A DNA stretch of 64,000 nucleotides from Octopus vulgaris (GCA_951406725.2 OX597827.1:77562001-77626000), one strand, 5' to 3'; positions 12,990-26,450 are shown, counted from the stretch's first letter. Notes: generated from the sequence alone by a model not told the origin. Numbers and translations: made by a program.

Positions 12990-13930
12990 TTCCTAAAAGG
13001 CAAAAGTCAGACAATTGCAGCCGATGTTGTTCTCTTTGGGAAGATCAATTCTCAGTGGAATCCCTCAAGGAACTGTATTGGGACCCCTACTGTTTCTGGT
13101 GGTTCCCTCAGCCACTCACACCAGCCATATTGATGACACAAAATTATTATTGACCCTGATGACTGACACTGCCAAACACCCTGCAAAAGGGCTGATGAAA
13201 AATAACATGCAGTTGAATGCTGAGAATGTTCAAGGCCTCCACTGTTGGCTCACAAACAGACTAGAATCAGAATACAGAGGGCTAGAGGGTAGAGCATTCA
13301 CTGAGTCAGAGGTGGTGTGTGACCAGAGAATCCACATGAGAAAGCATGCAACATTCCATGAGCACATTATTGAGATGGCAGTATTTTTTACAGGTGAATA
13401 GCTGGATGGATTCCGAGATCATTCAGAATCAGAAAAAAAGGTACTACACTACCCTTAGGGAGAACTTTCATTCTCAGTTGTCTGATTTATGTCTCCCCAC
13501 TCATGTCGGCGGAACTTGAAGCAACCACTACACAAAGACTGATTCAGAGAAACATATGAGCTTCTCGGACAGGCTAAAGGAATTGACGCTCTACTTCCAA
13601 GGAGAAAGTGTGGAAGATATGCAGTGGTATGGAAGACCCTGGAAGATCTGGCTCCCAACTTTGGAATTTAAAGCTATTCCAATCATCAGACTGAATGGTA
13701 CTGCATAGAACCAAAGATCCCGACTTCTCCATCTAGAATATGGAGCCAGTATTGTAACAGCTTAGGTTACAAGGGTCCACAACTGTTCGACATTCTGCCA
13801 AACAGCCTCAAGAATTTGTGATGTGTAAATGCGGAGATCTTCAATGAGTATCTGGAAAAATTTTTATTTGTGATACCAGATGAACCTACATCATGACAGG
13901 AGGCACAAAGGAGTGTCTCCACCCAACTTC
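12990..13930 (+). mobile_element. Decayed CR1-like LINE ORF2 fragment
   Basis: SGIPQGTVLGPLLFL, DDTKL, NNMQLN; the 3' part resembles 16240-16735. Confidence 0.8.
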
Positions 13931-13967
13931 AACAGAAGCAGCACACAAAACAACTCTAATCACACTG

Positions 13968-13998
<31 letters not shown>

Positions 13999-14039
13999 AC
14001 ACACATACATATATGTGTGTATACATACATATATTCTTT

Positions 14040-14240
14040 TATTCTTTTACTCGTTTCAGTCATTTGACTGCGGCCATGCTGGAGCACCACCTTTAGTCAA
14101 ACAAAATTGCCTCCAGGACGTATTCTTTATAAGCATAGTACTTATTCTATCAGTCTTTTTTGCTGAACCACTAAGTTACAGGGATATAAACACATCAACA
14201 TTGGTTATCAAGCAATATTGGGGTGGGCAAACACAGACAC
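14040..14240 (-). mobile_element. SINE family B 3' half
   Basis: tttcagtcatttgactgcggccatgctggagcacc. Confidence 0.8.
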
Positions 14241-14249
14241 AAATATTAT

Positions 14250-15185
14250 TATCATTGTCGTTTAACATCCGTTTTCTATGCTGGCATAGGTTGGATGGTT
14301 TGACTGAGGGCTGGCAAGCCAGAAGCCTGAAACAGGCTCCAATCTGATCTGGCAGTGTTTCTACAGTTGGATGCCAACCACTCTGAGAGTGTAGTGGATG
14401 CTTTTACATGCCACCAGCACAGGAGCCAGTCAGGTGGTACTGGCATGGACCACGCTTGAATGGTGCTTTTCACTTTCCACCAGCAGGCGATGCTGGCAAC
14501 GATCATGTTCAAATGGTGCTTTTTATGTGCCACCAGCATGGGTGCCAATCAGGCGGCCCTGGAAACGATCACGCTTGAATGGTGCTTTTAATGTGCCACT
14601 GGCACAGGTGCTAATTGGGCAGTATTGTTATCGGCCATGACAATGATTTCACTTGCCTCAACAGGTCTTCGCAAGCGCAGTTTATTGCCCAATGATTGAA
14701 GGACACTATTACATGTGATGGTTATGCTGCATTGGCATAGGCCACGGTTATTATCTCACTTGGCTTGTTGGGTATTCTCATGCACAGCATATCTCCAAAG
14801 GTCTTTGTCATTGCCTCAGTGAGGCCCAATGTTCTAAGATCATGTTTCAACACCTCATTCCAGAACTTCCTGGGTCTACCTCTTCCACAGGTTCCCTCAA
14901 TTCCTTGGGTGTGACACTTTTTCACACAGCTGTCCTCATCCATATGCAACACATGACCATACCAGCACAGTTGTCTCTCTTGCACACCACATCTGATGCT
15001 TCTTAAGTCCAACCTTTCTCTCAGGGCGCTTACACTCTCTCATGTATGCACACTGACATTACACACCCAGCAGAGCATACTGGCTTCATTCCTCGCAAGA
15101 TTACGCATGTCCTCAGCAGTCACGGACCAGGTTTCACTGCCATGTAGCAAGGTTGTTTGCACACATGTGTCACACAGTCTGTACC
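14250..15185 (-). mobile_element. 5'-truncated RTE-clade LINE; 3' UTR holds about four 60 bp tandem units
   Basis: WYGHVLHMDEDSCVKK..GRGRPRKFWNEVLKHDL C-terminal RTE motif; repeated ggtgctttt...ccaccagca units at 14390-14620. Confidence 0.9.
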
Positions 15186-16239
15186 CATAAATATAGATCT
15201 ATAATATTCATGAATGCACATACAGTCTCCATCTGCCTAAGTTCTTCTCACATTACTGACCCTGAAATAGATCTTTTAGGTTATATCAGACAAAAAATAA
15301 TTTAAACACATTTGAAAAAAAAAAAAAAGGATAAAAATGAAAACTGAAAAAAAAAATTAGTGAGGCTTTGTAAATGGATTTATTGAAATATAAATACAAA
15401 TTAACATCTAGATTTTAACGAATAAGGCAATTAGCTATTCTATTTTGTACAATACTTAAGACAATTATGATGGAGAGAAGATGTAAAACATTGCCCCGCC
15501 ATCATACAGATCTAGGAGAAAGTATGGTTTGTTATTGTCTGGTCACCTTATTGTATTTTATTTCGTCGAGGGAATGAGATAACAACGGAACGGGGTTAGG
15601 GGTCGGGGATATTTCATTTTGATGGTTGTCAGAGGGGTTGGTCATGGTGGTGATGGAGGAATTGTAGATTGATACAGAGACACACTCATATACGTTTGTA
15701 CCTGCACAGATGTATATACAGGTAGATATATACATGTATGTCCAGTTTGCACACACAGATACACGCATACATATAAAGCAACCTGTGGGATTGAATTTAC
15801 GGTCACACAAACTGGAGACGTGAGCAGAAGGAATGAGGGAAATGGAAACCAGAAAAACACAAAACAAAAGCAAAAAGTATCTTTGACTGAGAATCATAAA
15901 AAAGAGAAAGAGAGAAGGAAGAAAGGAGGAAACAGAGGAGAGATAAAGAGGGGAAGAGAGAGGAAGTCGGAGAGACATGAGAGAGGGGGAGGGAGATATC
16001 TGGGGCTGTTGCTTTTGGTGCTTAGCTGCAGGTCAGCACTGACTTTGCAGGTCCACAGTCAACAAGGCTCTAGCCATGACCATCTCTGTCGATTATTAAA
16101 AGAGATTTCAACAAAAATTAATTGTACTTCTTTAGTGTTTGACATGATCAATGATTAGTAATAAAAAGAAAAATTAGAAAATTAAAAGGATGGAGTTGGT
16201 GGCATTCATGCCTTTCTGAGGTTCATCTTGATGTGACAT

Positions 16240-16735
16240 GTCAGCTCCTGGGAGAGACTGAAAGAGTAAAGGCTCTACTCCCAAGAACAAAGGTGGGAAA
16301 GATATGTAGTGATATACATCTGGAAAACCCTGAAAGGGCTTGTACCAAAATTTTGGTATTGAAAGTTACACAAATAGCAGAACAGAGCACCACTGCATAG
16401 TACCAAAGGTCCCACCATTGCCATCAGGATACAGAACCAGAAACTACAACAGCTTGTGTTTTAAGGGCCCACAGTTCTTCAATGTTCTCCTGAAAACCCT
16501 GAGAGAACTACATGAAGTGAATGTAGTTGTCTTAGAAACAGAACTGGATCTCTTCTGGTCAAGGATTCCAAATGAGCCTACCTCAATGCTGGAGGCGTAG
16601 ATGAGGGCAGCAACATCAACCTCCCTCGTTCACCAGATGCCACACATTAGGGGAGGTTTCAAGAAGTGGAAGTGTAGCAAGACTAATGGCAGTGCCCCAG
16701 TATGGCCACAGCACCCCAACTGAAACTAATAAATG
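16240..16735 (+). mobile_element. CR1-like LINE 3' end
   Basis: NSLCFKGPQFFNVL..LDLFWSRIPNEP ORF2 C-terminus, followed by a 3' UTR and (AAAC)n. Confidence 0.75.
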
Positions 16736-17607
16736 AACAAAACAAACAAACAAAAAAAGTGATTAGCAAAATAAACCAATTTGAAGCAGGAAGATGAAGA
16801 AAAGTAGTGGCCCGTGGCCAACACCTGTTAATTATGTTTATAGTGAGTCATGGTCAGACATGATCAAAGACATTCCAGAAATGACCATCCCAGCCTTGTA
16901 TTTGTGGGGAGGGGACATCCATTATTTTATGTGGCCTTTGTATGAGATGGTGTGTTGTCGAATGAAGGGAATTTGGTTACTATTTCTACTATTTCACCCC
17001 CACCCACCACCGTGGTTCATACACAGACTAATACAACCATCGAAGGGTGAAGAAGGTAGAAAGACACACAGCCTAGTTGTAAATGGGTTCAGTTCCTGGA
17101 CTGGGCAGTACACTATGCCTTTTAGCAAGGGACTTCATTTTGCATTGCCTCAGTCCACTCAGCTGTAAACAAGTACCCATAAGGGAGCACTGGATGTAGA
17201 CTGCTCCCTTCCTTCCTTCTCTCTATCTCTCTCACTATGTTCAGGAAAATCGAGTGATCCAAGATGGCCCCATCTCTGCTTCCTCACTCCTAAGAACCCA
17301 AAACTACTTTTGAAAGCCGGTGGCATATTATAAGGACATATTCGCTAACGAGTAATGGCTGTACTTTTGTGCTGTAGTAGCAGCAGTGGTGGTGGTGGTG
17401 GTAGGGTGGAGTGTCCCAGTACGTGCGCAGTTAATAACCGCCATCATCTCTACAACACCCATAAACTCCACAAACAAATCCTCCTTTGACAGCAGGAGTG
17501 GGGCCGGATTCTTTATTGCCACCGTGGACGACAGGTAGAGCCGAAGCAGGCCACAGTTACCTCCCTTGCATCATTGTCCTGACTCTGACCGTTATCAATT
17601 TCCATAT

Positions 17608-17810
17608 GTTTCAAATTTTGGCACAAGGCCAGCAATTTCCGGGAGCAGGTTAAGTTGATTACATTGACCCCCAGTACTCAAGTCAGTAATTTTTTTATCG
17701 ACCCTGAAAGGGTAGCAAGCAAAACTGACCTCGGTGTAATTTGAACTCCCAAAGCACAGAAGGACAACATGCCCAGCGTGCTAACAACTCCGCCAGCCTG
17801 CTACCTTATC
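17608..17810 (-). mobile_element. SINE family A
   Basis: tttcaaattttggcacaaggccagcaa...tttgaactc. Confidence 0.8.
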
Positions 17811-19034
17811 ACCTATTTCTATATTAACAATTAAATGTGCTGCCACAACACCCTCGGGTAACAATGTCCACTCATAACACATCCATGTTTTTCCACAGTT
17901 GTTTGTTTCCGAAATGATTTTCACGTCTGGATGTCCAAGCTAGCATTAAACCCTCTCAACTGTGAAGAAGTAGGATCTGTGTTTAGTTCAGTCAAGCAAA
18001 CTGTTAACAAAATTAGGTCTGTGACCCAGGACGACATAATATAACGACTGTCGTGGTCAGGTTTGAACTCAGTGGTTCAGCACTTTTACCTTATATATAA
18101 ATCTTTCTCCTAGCTATTAACACCCTCAAGAGTAGGCAGACTTCTAAAAGGACCCTAAACTCTCTCTCTCAGACTTTAGGGGACAAGCTTCCAATTCAGT
18201 CATAAACCTTAACAAAAAAACAAGGGACATTAGATAATGTAGTCCTTGATGTATTATGCCTGAAAATAAGATGGGATGGTCATGACCTGCTCCAGTCAGA
18301 TGTGGGACTCTGATGACTATCAGCACAAAATAGTTTGGCATGACAGCCACAACTTCACCAAATACTGACATCCAGTTTCCAATAAGACTCAAGTGAACTG
18401 TTTTCTGTTTACAAATTATTTTTCTTAAACAAAACTAATTCTAGGAAAATGTGATGTTGTAACATTCATGCTCTTGTCAAGAGTAAACCAACAGGAATCA
18501 GAATCTAGGCGTTGAGCATTAAGGGCTGATAGAGAGAACCCTTCCCAGTACAATATTTAAGGGAGGTTAAAGTCAAAGAAAAAAAAACGTTTGGAAATGA
18601 AGAAAATCACTGAAAAAAATTCACAGCAGAAAGATGGCATCAGACATAAATAAATAGGAAATTTTCATATTTTAATTTCTGAATTTATACTTCCATGGTT
18701 TGTGAAGGATTTTACACACACAAATAGGCTGACAAACACATATATACACAGAGATAGAGAGAGAGACAAACGGGACATATACACACATGAAACCAAATCC
18801 TTTGCTTCTCTACCATTTCTGATGTGTGTTGATTCCTTCTGACCGAGATCAGCTTTGCCTTTCGTTCTTTTGAGGCTGATAAAACAGAGAAGCAACCAGT
18901 AAAAGACAGGGAAGAATGGAAAGGATTAAAACCCTCTCCTAAAAGACAAACAAAAAAAGTAAGTTGGGCCTCAATCAGAAACCGTTTATAATAATAATGA
19001 TAATGATGAGGATGATGATAATGAGGAGGAGGAT

Positions 19035-19235
19035 TTCAAATTTTGGCACAAGGCCAGCAATTTAGGGGAGGGGATAAGTGGATTACATTGACCCCAGTGC
19101 TCAACTGGTATTTGTTTTATTGACCTGAAAGGATAAAAGATAAAGTGGACTTCAGTGGAATTTGAACTCAGAATGTAAAGAGGGATGAACTGGCACCAAG
19201 CATTTTGCTTGGTGTGGCTAATGATTCTTGCAGCT
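19035..19235 (-). mobile_element. SINE family A
   Basis: Same consensus, preceded by an (AAT)/(GAT) tail. Confidence 0.85.
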
Positions 19236-20396
19236 TGTATAATAATAATAGGCCCAGGGGGGGAGTGATACGGCGAAGGCAACTCTTGCAGGACTCGAAG
19301 ACAGTGTTTGCTGGACTCACAATATATCAGGTAAATCCCGTTAAAGTTAGTCATTTATCAAACAGAACCTTGAGTGATGCCCCAGCATGGCCACATTTCA
19401 CTGCTTGAAACCAGCCTAAGTAGAGAACAGCACAGGACAATTTGGTCTGATGCAGCACCAGAATTCCTTCTAAAACAGACCCAAACACAAGGAATTGCCA
19501 AGGTGAGAGGTCAATAAGTTACATCAAACCCTAATTCATGACTGGTACAAATCCCACCCCTACTTCACAGATGCTTATAAAAAAACACAGACAATGTCAT
19601 GAGGGATTTAAACCCAGAAGCTGAAGGGATGTAACTAAACACCACCAGGTATTGTTCTGTGACCTCTCCAGTTTCTACCACCCATTGCCCTAACTCTAGT
19701 AATTTCTACCATATAAGGGCACAAGACCTGAAATTTAGGGGCCGGAAAAAAGTAAGTTACACTGACCCCCCCCCCCAGTACGTAACTGGTATTTTGTTTC
19801 ATCAGGCAAAGCTGAAATAATAAACTAACAACAAATAAATGAAACCAGAGAAAGGAAGAAATATTTTGCAGCCAAAAAATAAGTCAAAACATTAAAAAGC
19901 CAATAGGTTGAGTGATGGTGATTGATGGAGACTGATGAAGATTCGTGGCATGTTTAGGCTGATTGATGCTACAGGATGCCGTTGCAATATGCTGCATATA
20001 GGGGCAACGGGGGGGGGCAGCAAATAGCAAACAGCAGCATGATATGAATTGTCATGATCAGTGAGAAGGGGGTGGGGGCTGTTGGGGGGGGGGGTGGCGT
20101 TGTCTGGGGATGGGATGGGGAGCAGAAAGAGGGGGGTATGCAGTGTGGTGTGAACTGGAGACGTACGGGACAGAAGAAACACACAAACAGGATTAAGCAT
20201 ATTTATACAAACTCAGCAATGTTGATTGTGCACACACACACACCTGCATATATATACATATACACATACACATGTATGTATATATTTATGTAGGTGCATA
20301 TATACACACACACATACACAGACACACATACATACACACACACACACAAGGATGTATAATAGTTCTATGTACACGCAATTTAGTTGGGCAACATAC

Positions 20397-20520
20397 TCCC
20401 TAGTAAGATCCGTTTTGGCGCCATCTTTGATGGTAACCCCATATGAAATGAAAGGGGCCAGAAATAGGCCCTTACTGTGATGGTATCATAACAGTGGTTC
20501 GGTTTGAAGTAATGACATCG
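20397..20520 (-). promoter_or_regulatory. Candidate promoter/first exon with YY1-type motif
   Basis: AAGATGGCG on the minus strand (20419-20427) followed 22 nt later by the donor-like GGA/GTATGT (GT at 20396-20395). Confidence 0.3.
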
Positions 20521-20904
20521 GGGGCTAGACAAAGAGGGGCAAAAAAAAAAAATCTAGAATTCACTGGATATAATGAAATAGTAGTAGTAGTAGTAGTAGC
20601 AGTAGTAGTCGTAGTAGTATTAATATTGATTGTAGTCAGAAGTTTATACAACACATGGTGTACATAGCTTTATGTGTGTATATACACACACACACATACA
20701 CACACATATATATATATATATATATCGTTCGTTTATAGAGATTTTAAAAACAAACAGAAAATGAAAAGTCTTGATAATGTAAATCATGAGAACACACAGG
20801 TGTCTGTGTGGGGGGAGTGTTATGGGAGTGGCTGTATATACAGGGATTGCTGTGGGGGTGGGCATGTTGTGTGGACAACAGGGCACTCCCACTAGGAAAA
20901 GTAA

Positions 20905-20972
20905 AGTTTTATATATATATATTTATATATATATATATATACATGCATACATATATATATAAATGTGTGTGC

Positions 20973-21055
<83 letters not shown>

Positions 21056-21095
21056 TATATATGTATGTATATATGTATGTATATATATGTGTATG

Positions 21096-21132
<37 letters not shown>

Positions 21133-21218
21133 ATATATGTATGTGTGTATATATGTATGTATGTATATATGCATGTATGTATGTGTGTGTGAGTGTGTGT
21201 CTGTCTGTCTGTGTGCGT
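20905..21218. repeat. (TA)n/(TATG)n/(TG)n compound microsatellite
   Basis: Directly visible. Confidence 0.95.
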
Positions 21219-22554
21219 GAAGTATAGGTTGAACAATTCGATAATACTCCAAGTCTACCAGGGAGGGTCATAGCAACGGAGAGGCTTAGATCTTGCCACA
21301 GAACACAATCGACAGACTCTGTCTGTGAGACGAGTCCTTTTCTTCACCGTCCCCTCTAACTATGCTGCCATACTCCAGCTTCATGGTCGAGTGGGGTCTG
21401 ATGTTAGGAGAGAGAGAGAAGAGAACAAATTCAGTAGTAAAATTAGTGTCAGCACCAATATAATGTCAATGTTTGCAGACCCAGTCAACCCACACTATTG
21501 TATGAAAACAGTTTTTAAAATAGCAATATAAGAATCTGATGTAACTGTTCTGGACAATCATCATTGAAAAACGATGAATAAAATCACTGATGCTAATTGA
21601 ATCGGGGCTTATCTAAGTAAGTAGATGGCTGGCTAATTAGGACAGCCCTCATAACACTGATTTAAAAACAAAGTAACCAGCTTTGAGCGTCTTGGGTTGA
21701 AAAGGGCCAGCCCAACGTTGATTGACATGTTATGAAATCAAAGCTCTGTTTTGTGGCCTTTTGAAAGAAATAAAAAAAAAAAACTAATTGTAAAAAAGGG
21801 GCTAAAGTGAAAAGACCCTTAAAATGAAAAGGACAGCCAGCTGCTCTATATAGAAAAGGACAAATTATAAACACCCCATTGAAGTAGAAAACATGGTTGC
21901 AAAAAGAGAAAAGAAAAAGATGTCTTTTGTTTAAATATATTTATAATGGAGACTCTACAAGGGTTTACTAAGGAATAAGTATGACAGATAAAGGGGTCGG
22001 GTTTCTACTTGACAATAAAATTACTCACTGCAGACATCTTTCTATAGGATGTGATGTGAGCAGATTTAATAATAAAGAATGTAGCCTGGAGGAGAAGAGA
22101 TTCTTGTGAGGTTCCCAGCTACAACCTTGCTATCATTTAAACATCTCAATTTTCTTCACTTTGTGTGTGTGTGTGTGTTTGTTTGTGTATGTGTGTGTGT
22201 GATGCTAGGAGTTTCACAGGTGGTTTCCCACCGACTCATCATGTCCTAATTTCCCACACTGATTGTAGGACAAACTACCACAGCTTTCTATAAAGAAGGA
22301 AGTGGACTAACGCAGACTGATAAGAAAATGATGTAATAACAGTTTTTTAGAAAAATACTCATTGCACCCTGGACTGGAGACGCATCAAGGGAATCGCTTC
22401 GTCGTAGACTTGACAAGATTTTTTTCCCTCTGGAGTTTGAAAGAAAGATTAAATCAAATGATGGGATCGTAGACCGTTTCAAAAAAGGGTCTACAAACAG
22501 AATTCTCATGCTTGTCTTTTCCGACTTGTTTCTCCACAAGTATTGTCAGAAAAG

Positions 22555-23000
22555 TTATTGTAAAAGAGTCTGGATGTAGCGGACAGCCTCTTGGCTCTCG
22601 CACTTTCTTTGTCCGACGCCGTATGTCGTGGTAGCCGGTTGGTTGGACCAACCAGAATTCCATGCTGTGGTAACGGGGAAGCTGCGCTTCCAGTAGTTGT
22701 TGTCAGGTCTCTGTGGAAGTTGATGGGGAGATGTGGAGTTCATTGATGCTGACGCTACGGTGGCTGGTTGCTGCCGAATGGAAGCATGTTGGGACATCAT
22801 CTGGTGAGAACAGGCTGCGGGGGACATTGATGACGACGACGATGACGATTTGCGGAGTCCTGCTTGATGTTGTGACATCATTTGACACGATGAAGATGGG
22901 GAAGACGATGGCGTGGACTGCTGTTGATGATGATGGTGATGCTGAGCCTGTTGTTGTTGTTGTTGCTGCTGCTGTTGCTGTGGTGGTGGTGGTGGTGGAG

Positions 23001-23036
<36 letters not shown>

Positions 23037-24612
23037 TCCTTGGAGGTGGCGGTGGTGGAGCTGCATGCTGTGATGATGAAGACTGCGTCATCTGATGAGA
23101 GCAAGAATTGGAAGCTAGGGTCCCCGGGGTAACGACAGTGGGAGACGGTGACGTAGCCGAGTGCTGTGGCTGCTGTTTCCTCATTGACGATGTATGATGG
23201 GTTGATGCTGTCCCAGATGAGGTCGATGCTGAACTAGAGCTGGCTGCCATCTGGTGGTGGGTCGTAGTACCACCAGCACCACCACCACTGGACACCAGGG
23301 CTGGCGTTTGCTGCTTGCTTCCATGGCCATCAGCGGTCATTTGAGAGTCCGAAGGGCTGCTGTTGGTGTGATGGTTTTGGTGCTGACTATGATTATGGAC
23401 ATGATGATGATGATGGTTATGGCCCATGGACTGAGAGAATTCTTCCCCGACGTGAATGCGACTGTGCTGCTTCAGGTGGGTCTTCTGGGAGAAGGTTTTC
23501 AGACAAATTGTACACTGGAAAGGTTTCTCGCCAGTGTGAGTCCGTCTGTGCTTGTTTAAATGGTCCTTCTGGGCAAAAGACTTATTGCAAATGGGACACT
23601 GGTGTGGCTTCTCGCCACTGTGTGTGTGCTTGTGGGTATTCAGGTGGGATTTTTGCGCAAAACTTTTCCCACAAAGGTTACACGTGAACGGTTTCTCCCC
23701 GGTGTGGGTTCTTTGGTGGTTCTCAAGACGGTCTCTCTGTGGGAAGACTTTGCTGCAAAACGGACAAGGGAAGTGTTTGCCAGTTTCAGGGGCAAGTTGG
23801 TGCCTGAGTAGGTAGGCCTTCAAAGTAAAACCCTTGCGACATACATCACATTTAAAGGGCTTATCTCGAGCTTCATTTCCTCTGTTAATCGGGAATGCTT
23901 TGGAGTTAAAGTGTCCGCTGTTCTGGAACGACACATTGCTTCCGTGAAAATGGCCGTGACTGTGGTTGTGATTGTGGTTGTGGCCATGGTTATGGGCGTG
24001 GTTGTGGGCGTGGCCGTGGTTGTGAGAGTGGGTGTGGCCATGATTATGACTGTGGTTGTGACTATGGGTGTGACCATGATTGTGGGAGTGGTTATGAAAC
24101 TGCTTTCGAGGAACCATCATTGCCATGTTGGTAGAATGGTTGTGGAGGTTCTTGTGTTTCACACGGTTGGCTGGTTTAATTCCCTGGTGAACCATTTTGT
24201 GTGTGTTCAGGTGAGACTTCTGTGAGAAGGACTTGGAGCAAATGTCACAGGTGAACGGCTTCTCACCTGTGTGGGTCCTCTCGTGTTTCTCTAACCTGTC
24301 TCGCTGCGGAAACACTTTGCTGCAGAAGTTACAATTGAAATGCTTGCCAGCTTCTGGGGCCATCTGGTGCCGCTGGAGGTAGGCTTTTAGTGTGAAACCT
24401 TTACGACAGATATCACATTTGAATGGCTTGTCCCGGGCTTCGTTACCTTTCGGTTTAAACATGAACGAGCCATTGTTGTTGTTGTGATGGTGATGGTGGT
24501 GGTGATGATGGTGGTGGTGGTGGCCATTCGGTGGTGAAAAAGACTGAGAGTGATTATGGCCCCCACCTCCACAATTCTCAAAGCAGTTATCATTGGACTG
24601 GACCGAATACAT
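22555..24612 (-). CDS. C2H2 zinc-finger protein, 685 aa, 8 fingers (3+5; two lack the last His), poly-His/HxH tracts, C-terminal Ser/Gln/Pro low-complexity region
   Basis: Long ATG-initiated ORF with repeated CxxC-x12-HxxxH motifs and TGEKP linkers; pyrimidine tract plus AG acceptor at about 24641-24680, 28 nt upstream of the ATG. Confidence 0.95.
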
Positions 24613-25809
24613 TTCGGTGTTGGCTGAATTCTTTCTAAATCTAAAATTTGGAGAAAATAGAAAACGAACAGAAGAAAAAGAAAGTTCAAACTTGCTGTTA
24701 TCTTCTCATTGGTAAACAATGTTCGGTCAGGGTTTTGTCCCAAGATTTCCCTTTTAACACAACACAAATGAAATCATTCTTGTGTTTGTGTCCTCACTTC
24801 ACACAATACAGGACATCTTTAGGTTTTTGTACGGATTAATTTCTGCGGCCACCCACAACCACAGATGGCGGAATCTTAGATTTCTGTCGGTTCATATTGG
24901 AATTTGGACAACAGAATGTCGTGCACGAGAGGAAAATAAAAAATCCGAGAATTATCCCAATAAAAGTAATGTATGTCTTCAGAAACTTTGGTTGTCTGTC
25001 TGTGCGTCTGGCAGCTTCTTGTTAAATATTATATAAATATGGAGGCACAGCAATATTTTTGAAACACAGAAAAACACATCTAAAAAAAGGGTTTAAAATC
25101 TTTGAAAAGTTCCAAATGAGTTTAGATACTCAGCTGCAATATTATTCTGCTTCGATGGAAGTTGGGGGTCAAATGACGACAACAGCCAAGACCTGGGGGG
25201 GAGAAAAAAAAAAGAAGAAAATTGGTTTTGATTTCATATTTATTCCATTTAATACAGAAAAACAAAAGAATAATAATTATACCAAGCCACCTGAGACCAC
25301 CCCTACTTTTGTAACCTCAGCCCTTTTGAGAATAACCCTAGCTCTTTGACACTAAATCATCTGAGACCACCCGAGTTCTATGAGACCAACCTACCTGAGA
25401 TTTCACCCCTTTGGTGCCAATCTACCTGAGACTGCCCCTGGTTCTGAGATATAAACTTTCTGATTTAAACTTCCATGCTATGCGTCAAACAACAGTTTAA
25501 TAAACGACAAGGATTTTACTAAATTCTTCCCTATTTTCAAAACTAATTGAAACAAAGGCAGTGGTATTTCAACCAAGATATGGTAACAAAAGGGTTAAAG
25601 TGATCTAAACTAAAACCTTCCATTCAAAATTTCATGTTAACTGATGTTCCAAGCATCCGATTCATAATGACAAAAATATTTCATTAAATTTCGTTATATT
25701 TGTAACCAAGTCAAAGAAAGGCAGAGTATTTCAACAGAAACAATGGTGATGAAAGGGTTCAAGCGATCCAAATACATTAACAAAAGTGTTAAAGCGTAGA
25801 AAATCTGTT

Positions 25810-26037
25810 TTAACCCTTTTATTACAACCCGGCTGAAAACGCCTCTGGCTCTGCGTACAAATGTCTTGTTTTCATAAGTTCTGAATTAAAATCTTCCATC
25901 AAACCTTCGTCACAATTCCTGTTCCTAACACTAGCTGAATGATAACTAAGTTATATTATTAAATTCTTTGTTATATTTAAAATTAATTGAAAGAAACACA
26001 GAGCATCTCAACAGGAATATGGTAAGAAAAGGGTTAA
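25810..26037. mobile_element. piggyBac-type MITE
   Basis: TTAA-ccctttt ... aaaaggg-TTAA termini; homologous to 51633-51861. Confidence 0.85.
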
Positions 26038-26234
26038 ATCATCTGACAGATGAAGAACATGAAAAAAAATGACCCGGCCCCCATTGTGTAATATGTCTAC
26101 CAGTGTGGCCTGTGTTAAGGGCATTCACATGGCCCTCAGCTCAAACACACTGACTACAACAGTTATTGCAAAGCATGTAAATTTGCATCTCTGTCAAACC
26201 AGTCTAACCACTACATATAAAGAAACCTAGCTTT

Positions 26235-26450
26235 CTTTTCTACTCTTGACACAAGGGCCAAAATTTGGGGGGAGGGGGACCAGTGGATTAGGTCGACTCC
26301 AGTATGCAACTGGTACTTAATTTATTGACCCTGGAAGGATGAAAGGCAAAGTTGACCTCAGCAGAATTTGAACTCAGAAAGAAAGGACAGACGAAATACC
26401 GCTAAGCATTTCACCTGGCATGCCAACGTTTCTGCTAGTTCGCCACCTTA
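26235..26450 (-). mobile_element. SINE family A
   Basis: ggaaggatgaaaggcaaagttgacctcagcagaatttgaactcag...cgccacctt. Confidence 0.85.

Noticed and set aside
14390-14620. CRISPR-like spaced repeats
   Set aside because: The units are degenerate along their whole length and lie within an RTE 3' UTR in eukaryotic DNA; no cas genes
22703-24225. Antisense and alternative-frame ORFs overlapping the 8-finger gene
   Set aside because: Shadow ORFs caused by trinucleotide repeats and codon bias; no independent protein features
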